From Octopus sinensis (Eukaryota), in NCBI RefSeq assembly GCF_006345805.1, contig NC_043019.1, positions 310,001 through 374,000 on the forward strand: a stretch of DNA of 64,000 nt. The letters are read 5' to 3'. The notes under the pieces were generated by a model that searched no databases, was not told where the DNA came from, and was given only the letters and a program-made list of their open reading frames with translations. Of the stretch, positions 11,901 to 24,325 are shown piece after piece. The translations under genes were made by a program, and so were the position numbers. Position 1 is the stretch's first letter. Each line of letters opens with the position of its first letter.

Positions 11901-14756
11901 GCAACGGGCAGGTAGATGTTCATACGAAGCAAGAGCAGGCTCTTAAGTGAGCTAAAAATCATTGGCTGACTGTTTATCAGCTGACAGCTTCCTGCTGTCT
12001 ATTCGCCGTTGCCCCATTCCCAGTTGACAGCCTTTACATATATATTAGGCCACATGCTTATTGAAACATTTATAGGAAGCCTGCAGAATCGTTAGCGCGC
12101 CGGGCGAAATGCGTAGACGTATTTCGTCTGCCGTTACATTCTGAGTTCAAATTCCGCCGAGGTCGACTTTGCCTTTCATCCTTTCGGGGTCGATAAATTA
12201 AGTACCAGTTACGCACTGAGGTCGATGTAATCGACTTAATCCGTTTGTCCCCCTCTATGTTTAGTCCCTTGTGGGTAGTAAAGAAATATTTATAGGAAGC
12301 CTGCTTAATAGAAGCGCGTATTTTACAACTTTTAACGGGCTTACAATTTCGCTTGCCGTCAAGCTCTCATTTCAGCACATGTATAAGCGCCCACCTACCC
12401 TTTTCATTCTTTTCTTCCCCCCAATTAGCTCAATATTGAAGCTGCGGATTCACGCCGGAGAAATGCTTAACAGTATTTCGTCTGCCGTTACGTTCTGAGT
12501 TCAAATTCCGCCGAGGTCGACTTTGCTTTCATCCTTTCGGGGTCGATAGATAAAGTACCAGTTACGCACTGGAGTCGATATAATCGACTTAATCCGTTTG
12601 TCTGTCCTTGTTTGTCCCCCTCTGTGTTTAGCCCGTTGTGGGTAGTAAAGAAATTGATATTTTGTCTGCCGTTACGTTCTGAGTTCAAATTCCGCCGAGG
12701 CCGACTTTGCCTTTCATCCTTTCGTGGTCGATAGATAAAGTACCAGTTACGCACTGGAGTCGATATAATCGACTTAATCCGTTTGTCTGTCCTTGTTTGT
12801 CCCCCTCTGTGTTTAGCCCCTTGTGGGTAGTAAAGAAATTGATATTTTGTCTGCCGTTACGTTCTGAGTTCAAATTCCGCCGAGGTCGACTTTGCCTTTC
12901 ATCCTTTCGGGGTCGATAATTAGGTACCAGTTACGCACTGGAGTCGATATAATCGATTTAATCCGCTTGTCTGTCCTTGTTTGTCCCCCTCTGTGTTTAG
13001 CCCCTTGTGGTAGTAAAGAAATTGATATTTTGTCTGCCGTTACGTTCTGAGTTCAAATTCCGCCGAGGCCGACTTTGCCTTTCATCATCCTTCGGGGTCG
13101 ATAGATAAAGTACCAGTTACGCACTGGAGTCGATATAACGACTTAATCCGTTGTCTGTCCTTGTTTGTCCCCCTCTGTGTTTAGCCCCTTGTGGGTAGTA
13201 AAAAGTGATATTTTGTCTGCCGTTACGTTCTGAGTTCAAATTCCGCCGAGGCCGACTTTGCCTTTCATCATCCTTCGGGGTCGATAGATAAAGTACCAGT
13301 TACGCACTGGAGTCGATATAATCGACTTAATCCGTTTGTCTGTCCTTGTTTGTCCCCTCTGTGTTTAGCCCCTTGTGGGTAGTAAAGAAATTGGTATTTT
13401 GTCTGCCGTTACGTTCTGAGTTCAAATTCCGCCGAGGCCGACTTTGCCTTTCATCCTTTCGGGGTCGATTAATTAAGTACCAGTTAAGCACTGGGGTCGA
13501 TATGATCGACTTAATCCGCTTGTCTGTCCCCTTTGTGTTTAGCCCCTTGTGGGTAGTAAAGAAATTGATATTTTGTCTGCCGTTACGTTCTGAGTTCAAA
13601 TTCCGCCGAGGCCGACTTTGCCTTTCATCCTTTCGGGGTCGATTAATTAAGTACCAGTTAAGCACTGGGGTCGATATGATCGACTTAATCCGCTTGTCTG
13701 TCCCCTTTGTGTTTAGCCCCTTGTGGGTAGTAAAGAAATTGATATTTTGTCTGCCGTTACGTTCTGAGTTCAAATTCCGCCGAGGCCGACTTTGCCTTTC
13801 ATCCTTTCGGGGTCGATTAATTAAGTACCAGTTAAGCACTGGGGTCGATATGATCGACTTAATCCGCTTGTCTGTCCCCTTTGTGTTTAGCCCCTTGTGG
13901 GTAGTAAAGAAATTGGTATTTTGTCTGCCGTTACGTTCTGAGTTCAAATTCCGCCGAGGTCGACTTTGCCTTTCATCCTTTCGGGGTCGATAGATAAAGT
14001 ACCAGTTAAGCACTGGGGTCGATATGATCGACTTAATCCGCTTGTCTGTCCTTGTTTGTCCCCCTCTGTGTTTAGCCCCTTGTGGGTAGTAAAGAAATTG
14101 ATATTTTGTCTGCCGTTACGTTCTGAGTTCAAATTCCGCCGAGGTCGACTTTGCCTTTCATCCTTTCGGGGTCGATAGATAAAGTACCAGTTAAGCACTG
14201 GGGTCGATATGATCGACTTAATCCGCTTGTCTGTCCTTGTTTGTCCCCCTCTATGTTTAGCCCCTTGTGGGCAGTAAAGAAATAGGATTCATATACACAT
14301 TTGCCAGTGTGGGCGCAAGCGTGGCTGTGTGGTAAGACGCTTGCTTCCCAGCCACATGCGTGGCGCCTTGGGCAAGTCTTTTCTACTATTGCTTCAGATC
14401 AATCAAAGCCTTGCAAGTGGAATTAGTAGAATGAAATTGAAAGAAGCCGCTGGCGGGGATGTGTGGTAAGTAGCTTGCTTACCAGCCACATGGTTCCGGG
14501 TTCAGTCCCACTGCGTGGCACCTTGGGCAAGTAAGTGTCTTCTGCTATAGCCTCGGGCCGACCAAAGCCTTGTGAGTGGATTTTGGTAGACGGAAACTGA
14601 AAGAAGCCCGTCAAGATTAATCAGCCGAAATTACTACGATGATCCGGTTCTTGACTGAAGACTGAGGGGTTCGAATGTCCTGTCCATGTTTATTGTATCG
14701 TCTTCTATGAGTTATACGTTCTTGTCCATGTTGTATTTTTCTACATACCTTAATAT

Positions 14757-14805
<49 letters not shown>

Positions 14806-15037
14806 GTGTGTGTGTGTATATGTTTATGTGTCTGTGTTTGTACCTCCAACATCGCTTGACAACCGATGCTGATGTGTTTACGTCCCCCCGTAAATTAGCG
14901 GTTCGGCAAAAGAGACCGATAGAATAAGTATTAGGCTTACAAAGAATAAGTCGTGGGGTGGATTTGCTCGACTAAAGGCGGTACTCCAGTATGGCCGCAC
15001 TCAAATGACTGAAACAAGTAAAAGAGAGTAAAAGAGT
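8981..15037 (+). repeat. Segmental duplication, copy 2
   Basis: Near-identical to copy 1 except for a shorter satellite, small indels and a divergent last ~110 bp. Confidence 0.93.
12451..14284 (+). repeat. SINE-derived tandem satellite, 10 units
   Basis: Same unit and same flanks as 3305-8243; 10 anchors counted. Confidence 0.97.
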
Positions 15038-15200
15038 AATATACTAGTCACTTAGCGGTTCGGCAAAAGAGACCGATAGAATAAGTACTGGGCTTACAAA
15101 GAATAAGTCCTGGGGTCGATTTGCTCGACTAAAGGCGGTGCTCCAGCATGGCCGCAGTCAAATGACTGAAACAAGTAAAAGAGTAAAAGAGAAAAGAGTA
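14332..15200 (+). mobile_element. SINE family C plus an extra tandem 3' half
   Basis: Counterpart of 8272-8980; second tail copy at 15050-15200. Confidence 0.8.
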
Positions 15201-15307
15201 TACCCTTCTCAGATTCACACATATATTGCAACAGTCCTCCAAGCAGGCCCTTTGCGAAGCGTTTAAAGTCGGAGACGTTACCCCTCAAATATGTATGTAT
15301 GTGTGTA

Positions 15308-15510
15308 TGATGGGGTGCTTAAAAAGTTCCTTGCTTTGTGTAAAAAAAATTCAAGAGGATCAGTGAATTATGATTTTATTCAACATAATTGCCCTCTCAG
15401 TTTCACATGTTTATTGCAGCGGTTTTTCACTTTCTCTAATCGGAATGTTCGGCCTTCAACCAGACCTTTTGCGATAACCTTAAAGCCAGAAACTTTTCAG
15501 CTCTCCCTCG
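15308..15510. mobile_element. Mariner-derived MITE
   Basis: Imperfect TIRs GATGGGGTGCTTAAAAAGTTCC / GAAACTTTTCAGCTCTCCCTCG. A related copy lies near 45700-45910. Confidence 0.6.
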
Positions 15511-15648
15511 CAGAAATGGCCAGTGGCATGTACTTTTATAGCATGGACAAATACCGGTCAAAAATTCTTGATTGATTAAAATTACTTCCGTCTCTACAGC
15601 GCAGATAATTTGCATAACATAATTAGCAAATGGTAATTATGATCAGTA

Positions 15649-15833
15649 TCACTTGAGAACAAGAGATAATGTCACAATATATGAATATCTTCCAAATTGA
15701 GATGCCACAATGGAATAGGAGAAATTTATTGTCTGGAAATAATTAGAGAATTGTAGACAAGTTTTCATTAGCACGACAACCGTCCGGCTTAATCTCCAGT
15801 TGACAAAAGACTTAGACTTATACAACACGTAAA
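15649..15833 (-). CDS. Weak candidate exon 8 or terminal exon (VYVLYKSKSFVNWRLSRT...SIVASQFGRY...LVLK*)
   Basis: Phase-1-compatible acceptor cattttag| and 60 open codons; faint NWxL and QFG echoes of ENWGL and HQWFG. No convincing donor and no HEXXH. Confidence 0.2.
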
Positions 15834-16327
15834 CTAAAATGAGCTAAGAAAAAAGGAAATTCGTAGCTATTTGAATAAAATAGACACATACAAGTATATT
15901 AAATAAGCTGCAAGAAAAAATTTTGATTCATTAAAATTATTTCCGTCTCCAGAATATTTATTATAAAATTACCAAACAGTAATTACGACCATTACAACTT
16001 GAGAAAGTGGCGCTGATATCTAGATTAAATAATTGCAACGAAGCGTGGCTGTGTGGTAAGTAGCTTGCTTACGAAACACAGGGTTCCGCGTTCAGTCCCA
16101 CTGCGTGGCACCTTATATATATATATATATATATATATACACCCCCACACACAGGATTCTTTAGGTTTCCGTCTAGTAAAATCCATAACAAAGCTTTGAT
16201 GAGGCTTGGGCTTATAGTCAAAAACACCTAAGGTACAACATGATTGGGTGAGAAGCAAACTCTTTAAAGAAACAGCCACGCCTGCATGTATCATGTAAAT
16301 ATGTAAAATATATGAATGAATTCAAAC

Positions 16328-16427
16328 CTTTGTAATAATCTGGTAAAGCCACCAAGTCAATTTTTTCTAGATTAGGAATTTTCTCAGAGAAATATTTCTG
16401 CATTTTGTTTCTGAAATCAACAGCCAG
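16328..16427 (-). CDS. Exon 7 of M1 aminopeptidase: LAVDFRNKMQKYFSEKIPNLEKIDLVALPDYYK(G)
   Basis: Acceptor ttttctttcttatag|, donor AAAG|GTTTGA; 100 bp, phase 0 to 1. Matches YF..PYPLPKIDLIAI.DF, just before the GAMEN motif. Confidence 0.9.
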
Positions 16428-16887
16428 CTATAAGAAAGAAAACATTTAAATAAAACTCATTAGTTTAAATATTAAAACAGTTTTCACTGAATCATTTAAA
16501 GGAAGGGCATAGTAAACTATTTCTTCTTAGCTGTCTACTGGTTCCATTCACTGGTTTGCAGCTATGCTGGGGAACCGCTTTGAAGGGCGCTTGAGCTTCG
16601 AAAAAATCGACACCATGGCATTTTTTAAAGTCTAGTACTTATTCTATTGGTCTCTTTTTTTGCCGACTCAAAAAGTTACGTGGACATAAATAAACCAATA
16701 GCGGTTGTCTAGCCGTGGATAGACAGACGTAAGAACATTTATACATATCTATATCTATTTTTATATACGCATGTAGTTTAATGCATCCACTCATCTGCTC
16801 ACCTATACATACCTATACTCTTCCATATCTATATACAGAAGATGTATAGAAGCTGTCTGTCTGGCTGTCTGCATACATGCATGTAGT

Positions 16888-17210
16888 GAGGGCGCGTGGC
16901 TTAGTGGTTAGGGGCATTCGGCTCATTATCTTAAGGTTGTGAGTTCGATTCCCGGCGATGCGTTGTGCCCTTGAGCAAGACACTTTATTTCATGTTGCTC
17001 CATCCACTCAGCTGGCAAAAATGAGTAATACCTGTATTTCAAAGGGTTAGCCTTGTCACACTTTGTATCACGCTGAATCTCCCTGAGAACTGCATTAAGG
17101 GTGTCTGTGTCTGTGAAATGCTCAGCCACTTGCACGTTAATTTCACGAGCAAACTGTTCCGTTGCTCGTATCAACTGGGACCCTCGTCGTCGTAACCGAC
17201 AGAGTGCTTT
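16888..17210 (+). mobile_element. SINE family B variant
   Basis: Head GGCGCGTGGCTTAGTGGTTAGG, CCTTGAGCAAGACACTT core, shared 3' tail. Confidence 0.82.
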
Positions 17211-17302
17211 TATATATTCATAAATATATATGACAGCCTTCCTCTCAAATTCACAATTCATTCACAAGGCATTGCTTTATGTGTCGTTGAGAAAATACTC
17301 AC

Positions 17303-17485
17303 CTTCAGTGCACAGTCACCCAAATGGATATTTTCTGAACACGAGTGGATTTTAATTAAAGGTTTAACATCATTGCATCCCTCTTCTTTTAGGGTTTTGA
17401 AAGGTCCAAGAACCATACGCAATTCTTCAGGCTTTGAAAATATGGCTGTTTTAAAACTGACATCTCCATCATCAGACACTCGAGG
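17303..17485 (-). CDS. Exon 6 of M1 aminopeptidase: PRVSDDGDVSFKTAIFSKPEELRMVLGPFKTLKEEGCNDVKPLIKIHSCSENIHLGDCALK
   Basis: Acceptor ttttatattacag|, donor AAG|GTGAGT; 183 bp, phase 0-0. The end aligns with NPEPPS GKFALE. Confidence 0.88.
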
Positions 17486-17717
17486 CTGTAATATAAAATA
17501 AACTATAAGAAATAGGGGCGGAAATCTGGTTTAAGCCTCCCATATATCTCTACCCCACCAGCTTCTTTGTTTTTTTCGAATTTTCAGAAAATTTTAGCAA
17601 ATTTTTTTTTCTACACGTGAATTCATACGATTATGAAAAAAGGACAAAACAGTTTTGATGGGACTTAAGGGCTGTTTAGCCATTATTTTTTAGAACATCT
17701 GCGACCACCTAATACCT

Positions 17718-18131
17718 ATTCCTTTACCACCCACAAGGGGCTAAACACAGAAGGGACAAACAAGGACAGACAAACAGATTAAGTCGATTATATCGACCCC
17801 AGTGCGTAACTGGTACTTATTTAATCGACCACGAAAGGATGAAAGGCAAAGTCGACCTCGGCGGAATTTGAACTCACAACGTAACGACAAACGAAATACC
17901 TATTTCTTTACTGCCCACAAGGGGCTAAGTACAGAAGGGACAAACAAGGACAGACAAACAGATTAAGTCGATTATATCGACCCCAGTGCGTAACTGGTAC
18001 TTATTTAATCGACCCCGAAAGGATGAAAGGCAAAGTCGACCTCGGCGGAATTTGAACTCAGAACGTAACGGCAGACGAAATACGGCTACGCATTTCGCCC
18101 GGCGTGCTAACGTTTCTGCCAGCTAGCCGCC
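17718..18131 (-). mobile_element. SINE family A plus one extra tandem 3' unit
   Basis: Full head near 18131 followed by two 3' segments. Confidence 0.88.
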
Positions 18132-18544
18132 TTACACCGTCATCGTTTATTTGTCATCGTTTGTTTGTTACTCTGATATTTTCCAATATTTTTCTTTCTA
18201 TAAACACACTTTGGTGCGATTTAAGGGCTGTGTAGTTGTTATTTTTAGCACATCTCACAACCATCTAATACCTTCATCGTTTGTTTGTCACTATGATATT
18301 TTCCAATATCCCTATAAACACATTAAATGGTCCATTTCTGGGATTTAAACCCAAAATTCTGATTATCTGTATTTTAAACTCTGATTTGTATAAATCTTGT
18401 GTATATCTTTAATGCTTCACTCGTTTCAGTTGTTTGACCGCGGCCATACTGGAGCATAGCCGTGAAGAGCTTGTAGTCGAACGAATCGACCCCAGTGCAT
18501 ACGTTTTATCACCGGTACTTATTCTATCGGTCGGCGAGTTTGTA

Positions 18545-18950
18545 AAAACATTAGCACGCCGGGCAAAATGCTTAGCAGTATTTTGTCTGCCGCTACGTTT
18601 TGAGTTCAAATTCCGCCGAGGTCGACATTGCCTTTCATCCTTTCGGGGTCGATTAAATAAGTACCAGTTACGCACTGGGGTCGATATAATTGACTTAATC
18701 CGTTTGTCTGTCCTTGTTTGTCCTCTCTGTATTTAGCCCCTTTTTGGGTAGTAAAGAAATAGTTATTTCGTCTGCCTTTACGTTCTGCGTTCAAATTCCT
18801 CTGATGTCGACTTTGCCTTTCATCCTTTCGGGGTCGATTAAATAAGTACCAGTTACGCACTGGGGTCGATATAATTGACTTAATCCGTTTGTCTGTCCTT
18901 GTTTGTCCTCTCTGTGTTTAGCCCCTTTTTGGGTAGTAAAGAAATAGGTA
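18545..18950 (+). mobile_element. SINE family A plus one extra tandem 3' unit
   Basis: Junction AAAGAAATAGTTATTTCGTCTGCC near 18760. Confidence 0.85.
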
Positions 18951-19324
18951 CTTACTAAATCGGTCATTATTGCTGAACTGCTATATTACGGTGATGTAAA
19001 CACACTAACACAGGTTGTCAAGCTGTGGTGAGCATATACAGACACGCACAAATACACACATGTATGCATAGTGTACCCACATGCAACAAGCGAGAACAAC
19101 ATGCCAAAGAGAACCCGGTATATATAGTAAGGTATCTTTTTTTAACACCAAGGACCTCAAGTGACACAGTTTGCACTGATTTATGCAACACAACTAGGTG
19201 CACAATATCCAACCCTTAAGGGACAGCTGCAGGATGGGTCGCAACGCTCGTCGTGCTGAATAAAGGTTCGTATTAAATCCATCTTCCATTTCGTTCATCA
19301 ATTATATACTCTCTCTATATAAGA

Positions 19325-19550
19325 GCTGCGAGCTGGCAGAAACGTTAGCACGCCGGGCGAAATGCGTAGCCCTATTTCGTCAGCCGTTACGTTCTGAGTT
19401 CAAATTCCTCCGAGGTCGACTTTGCCTTTCATCCTTTAGTGGTCGATAAATTAAGTACCAGTTACGCACTGGGGTCGATGTAATCGACTTAATATCTCTG
19501 TCCTTGTTTGTCCCCTCTGTGTTTAGCCCCTTGTGAGTAGTAAAGAAATA
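19325..19550 (+). mobile_element. SINE family A
   Basis: Full-length match. Confidence 0.85.
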
Positions 19551-20201
19551 TATATACTCTCTCTCTCTCCCTCACACACACATGGCTTCTTTCAGTTTCA
19601 GTCTATCATCCATTCACAAGTCTTTGGTCGGCTGGAGGCTATAGTTCAAGACATTTTCGCAAGCTGCCGTACAGAGGGCCTGAACCCTGGACCATGCGGC
19701 TGGGAAGCAAAGTTCATATCACCAACCACGCCTGCATACACACAAAACACACACACACACACACACACACAACTGTTCACTATTTTTGCCTGCCTCTTTC
19801 TGCTTACACGGTTTGAATTGATAGATGGTTTAAAATACAAGGTATACGTCCAAGATGGCATTCGGTGAAATCGGAAATCGAAACAGCGACCTCGTGGTGG
19901 CGAAGCGAACTTCTAAACCAATCGTCCATCAGTTTGAAGATCTTTTATTTTTTATGAAAGACACGCATGCAATTCAGACATACTGCACGTCTGAGGTAAC
20001 TTGATCGCCTGTGAGGTTTGATAAATTAAACGTCCAAAACGCACTCAAACCACATCCCGCCGCTCTCAAAGAAGCTGTACATTTTAGATAAAGTGGGTTG
20101 GTTAGAACAACGCTTTCAAAAAGAAAAAGACACGGAGAAAGTTCTGCTAGATAAGGAAAGAACTGGCAATAAAGTAGTCTAAAAACAAAAGCAATGAAAT
20201 A

Positions 20202-20650
20202 GGATCTTTTCGGTTTAAACGGCAGTTTTTAACATAATTTCTAGGTAACTAAAAAATTTTAAACTTCGTATACTGGTAGAATGTGTTTATAAAACATCTT
20301 TTTCTCTTGGCTTTATTGAGAAAATTCTATAGTTTGTAAGATATTTGTTGTTTTTTTTTCTTCAATTTCTGCAATTTCAACCAATCAATTACGTCCATTG
20401 AGGTAAAAAAAACATTTTGTGCCGTATGAATATGTCCCTCGTTTAAGAAACAGGTTGGGTTTATTTACATTTGTGAAGAAAAAAATATACCCTTCCCCCC
20501 ACCCCTAACCCTAACCCTAACCCTAACCCTAACTAACCCTAACCCTAAAACAGATTGAAATGCAATAGATCGATACTAGGGTCATAATTATGGGTGACAA
20601 TTTCATATGACACCGCTAGAAAAAAACTGCCGTTCAAACCGAAAGGATCC
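20202..20650. mobile_element. Same MITE family, with internal CCCTAA repeats
   Basis: TIRs; TSD ATGAAATA (20194-20201, 20651-20658). Confidence 0.92.
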
Positions 20651-20729
20651 ATGAAATATATATTACTAAAATATCTGAGTTTATTTTTATAAAAGAAATT
20701 CTAACGAAAGTCAATTTAAGAGAACATAC

Positions 20730-20834
20730 CATGTTTGACAGAGCGGTATAACCTCGTGGTGCATTCATAGTTACGTTGCAGTAGACTGGGCCGACCGATC
20801 TCAACGTTGGAAAAACTTGGTAGTAGCCTCCATT
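20730..20834 (-). CDS. Exon 5 of M1 aminopeptidase: NGGYYQVFPTLRSVGPVYCNVTMNAPRGYTALSNM
   Basis: Acceptor ctatcttcag|, donor ATG|GTATGT; 105 bp, phase 0-0. FP and the ALSNM motif of M1 peptidases are retained. Confidence 0.9.
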
Positions 20835-21214
20835 CTGAAGATAGATATTTGAAAAATGTAAATAAATATAAAATAAATATAGATTAAATATATATCATAA
20901 CGATCGCCATACTAGTGCCAAATCTATCTTCCGTTTCCTTCACCAATTATTCAACAGCAACAATAATAATAATGATTTCAAATTTTGGCACGAAGTCGGT
21001 AATTTCAAGGACCGGGGCAAGTTGATTGCATCGACCCCAGTACTCAACTGGTATCTATTTTATCGATCCTGAAAGGAGGAAAGGCAAGGTCTACCCCTCG
21101 GTGGAATTTGAACTCAGAACATAAAGATGCGAAAAATGACGTTAAACATTTTGCCCGACGTACTAACGATTTTACCAGCTTGCCGTTTTACTCCTCCTCC
21201 TCCTCCTCCTCCTC

Positions 21215-21271
<57 letters not shown>

Positions 21272-21552
21272 AAATGATCCTTTCTGCTATAGCAAAGCTT
21301 GTAAATTTTTGGAGAGGGATAAGTTGATTACAACTGGTACTTAATTTATCGACCCCGAAAAGATGAAAGGTAAAGTAAACCTTGGCGGAATTTGAACTCG
21401 GACTAGTTGCAGACAAAATAGTGCTAAGCATTTCGCCCGGCATGTTAACGGTTCTGTCAGCTCGCTGCGTTACTACTACTGAAATAATCCTTTTCTACGC
21501 TAGGCACAAGGCCTGAATACAAACCATTACTATATATATATATTATATATAT

Positions 21553-21587
<35 letters not shown>

Positions 21588-22599
21588 TGTTATATTTCGG
21601 AATGGTCATATTGCCAGTTTAGCCAATAAAACACACGCACTATATTTTGGTGTATTTTTGCTTCAGTGTTATTTATTTTTTACATTAAACTTAATCTTAT
21701 TTTGGCCAGAGTTCTTCGTCACACTCCTGTGACACGCATCAGTGGTCCTTTGTTTTCTTCTTAATTATTTGTGTCTCTCCTTACTAACCGTCAGCCATTT
21801 TGTATTTTATTGTATGTCTTCATTTGCGCATGCTTATATCTCTAAACTGGCAATATGACCATTCCGAAATATAACAATATCTGTTTCAACACACGACTTC
21901 ACATAAAAAATCTTGCACAACAAATATTTAAAACGTACTATACACACACACACACACCACACACACACACACACACACCACACACACACACATATATATA
22001 ATATATATATATATATAATAATATATATATATATATATATAATCTGCTTGGTGCTGATACTGCTATTACCCTGATGAGAGTCCAACCCATAAAGAAATTT
22101 TTTATAAATCATTATTGCGTATGAATCTATACAATTGTAGGACAGTTTATTACATTATAGCGTATTATATTAGTATAATTATATTATAATGTTAATAAAT
22201 TTAATTTATATGTCAATCGTATATCTCTATTTTCTTTTAAGCTTTATATATATATATACACACACTTACGTATACGCTTACAGTTATCCACAGATTGCTG
22301 TAAGAACACAGAGTTGCTTGATGTCTTTCTTTAACAAATAAATATTTATCGGGTGGTCACCCCTGCTGGCTTTAGGTAAATAGCGACATTAGTTTCAACA
22401 TGTTTAATACAAACACTAGTTGACTAGAAATAATTATGCCGTGAAGAATAGACGACATTATTCAACGAAAGTACGTGGAAGTGTTCTGCTAATGCTCTTA
22501 TTATGATCTCATCAGCGAAGCATAACCTTCACATTATATGCTAAAACAATGAAGAAAATATATATATACTTGTAAACTTACATTGTGATATGGATTCTT

Positions 22600-22975
22600 T
22601 TACTTTGACTTGTTTCCACTATTTGACTGCGGCCATGCCGGAGCACTGCCTTGATGGGGTTTTAGTCCAACAAATGAACTCCAGGTCTTATTTCTGAAGC
22701 CTGGTGCTTATTCTATCGATCTCTTTTTGCCGAAACGCTATGTTACGGGGAAGTAAACATACCGACCCCAATTGTGGCACGGTGATGGGGAGACAAACAC
22801 AGACAAAAGCACACACACACGCATAAATATACGCACAAGCATACACATACACATAGTTACACATACACACAGAGGCTATTATAGAAGACACTTGCTCAAG
22901 TTGCCACGCAGTTGGACTGAACCCAGAGTCATGTACTTGGGAAGCAAGCTTCTTATTACACAGCCACGCATGCGC
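22600..22975 (-). mobile_element. SINE family C, diverged
   Basis: Reverse match. Confidence 0.7.
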
Positions 22976-23075
22976 GGACAAAGAGAATGCTTTTAGAAAA
23001 TAAATTCTTCAGATATACCATGTGCATAAAATATAGAACTAACAAAGAAACATTAATTCAATCTTGACATATTTT

Positions 23076-23502
23076 GGATCTTTTCGGTTTGAACAGCAGT
23101 TTTTTCTAGCGGTGTCATATGAAATAATTATGACCCTAGTATCGATCTATTGCATTTCAATCTGTTTTAGGGTTAGGGTTAGTTAAGGTTAGTTAGGGTT
23201 AGGGTTAGGGGTGGGGGGGAAGGGTATCTTTTTTTCTACAAAAATGTAAATAAACCCAATCTGTTTCTTAAACGAGGGACATAATCATATGGCACAGAAT
23301 GTTTTCACCTCAATAGACGTCATTGTTGGGTTGAAATTGCAGAAATTGAAGAAAAAACAAAGACAATATCTTACAAACTATAGATTTTCTCGATAAGCCG
23401 AGAAAAAGATGTTTTATACACATTCTACCAGTATAACAAGTTTAAAAGTGTTTAGTTACCTAGAAATTATTTTTAAAACTGCCGTTCAAACCGAAAAGAT
23501 CC
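23076..23502. mobile_element. Same MITE family
   Basis: TIRs; TSD CATATTTT (23068-23075, 23503-23510). Confidence 0.92.
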
Positions 23503-23811
23503 CATATTTTTAGTGTGAACTTGAAAACATTATGCTGTGCTAACTTGTGAAGTCGTTGTTAATATATTTTAGCTCATAAGGCGGCAAATCTAGCAGAATC
23601 ATTAGAACACCGGGAAAATACTTAGCGTCTTTTCGTCCATCTTTACGTTCAGAATTAAAATTGCTGCGAGGTCGACTTTACTTTTCATCACCTTCGTGGT
23701 CGCTAGAATAAGTACAAGTTGAGCACTGGGGATCGATGTAATCGACTTACCTCCTATTCCGAAATTGTTGGCCTTGTGCTAAAATTTGAGTCCAATATAT
23801 TTCAGCTTGTG

Positions 23812-24275
23812 GAGGCGCGTGGCTTAGTGGTTAGGGTGTCGGCATCATGATCGTAAGACGCGTTGTGTTCTTGAGCAAAACACTTCATTTCACGTTGATC
23901 CAGTCCACTCGTCTGGCAAAAAGGAGTAACGCTGCGATGGACTGGCATCCCGTCCAGCTCGGGAACATATACGCCATTGAAAACGAGAAACCAGGCCCAT
24001 GAGCTAGGCTTTAAAAGGGCGCAGTGGAGGCGCGTGGCTTAGTGGTTAGGGTGTCAGTATCATGATCGTAAGATTGTGGTTTCGATTCCTGGACCGGGCG
24101 ACGCGTTGTGTTCTTGAGCAAAACACTTCATTTCACGTTGCTCCAGTCCACTCGGCTCGCAAAAATGAGTAATGCTGCGATGGACTGGGGTCCCGTCCAG
24201 CTGGGGAACACATACGCCATAGAAACTGGGAAACCGGGCCCATGAGCCTGGTTAGGCTTTAAAAGGGCGCATTTA
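23812..24275 (+). mobile_element. Two tandem SINE family B variants
   Basis: Two heads (near 23812 and 24025), both ending GGCTTTAAAAGGGCGCA. Confidence 0.8.
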
Positions 24276-24325
24276 TTTATTATTATATTTCAGCTTAGCT
24301 CATCACTGTGGAACTTAACAAAGAA

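Noticed and set aside
13327-14013. Long ORFs (up to 228 aa) on both strands of the satellite
   Set aside because: They arise because consecutive short units keep a stop-free frame; the translation simply repeats the SINE unit.
15575-16005. Diverged ~85-bp direct repeat (15575-15660 and 15925-16005)
   Set aside because: Real but old and AT-rich, with no termini or function I can support.
20503-20547. Telomere or chromosome-fusion site
   Set aside because: The short CCCTAA tract lies inside a TSD-flanked MITE and recurs in its other copies.
22071-22100. CTGATGA hammerhead core (also near 43830)
   Set aside because: No paired stem II followed by GAAA and NUH.
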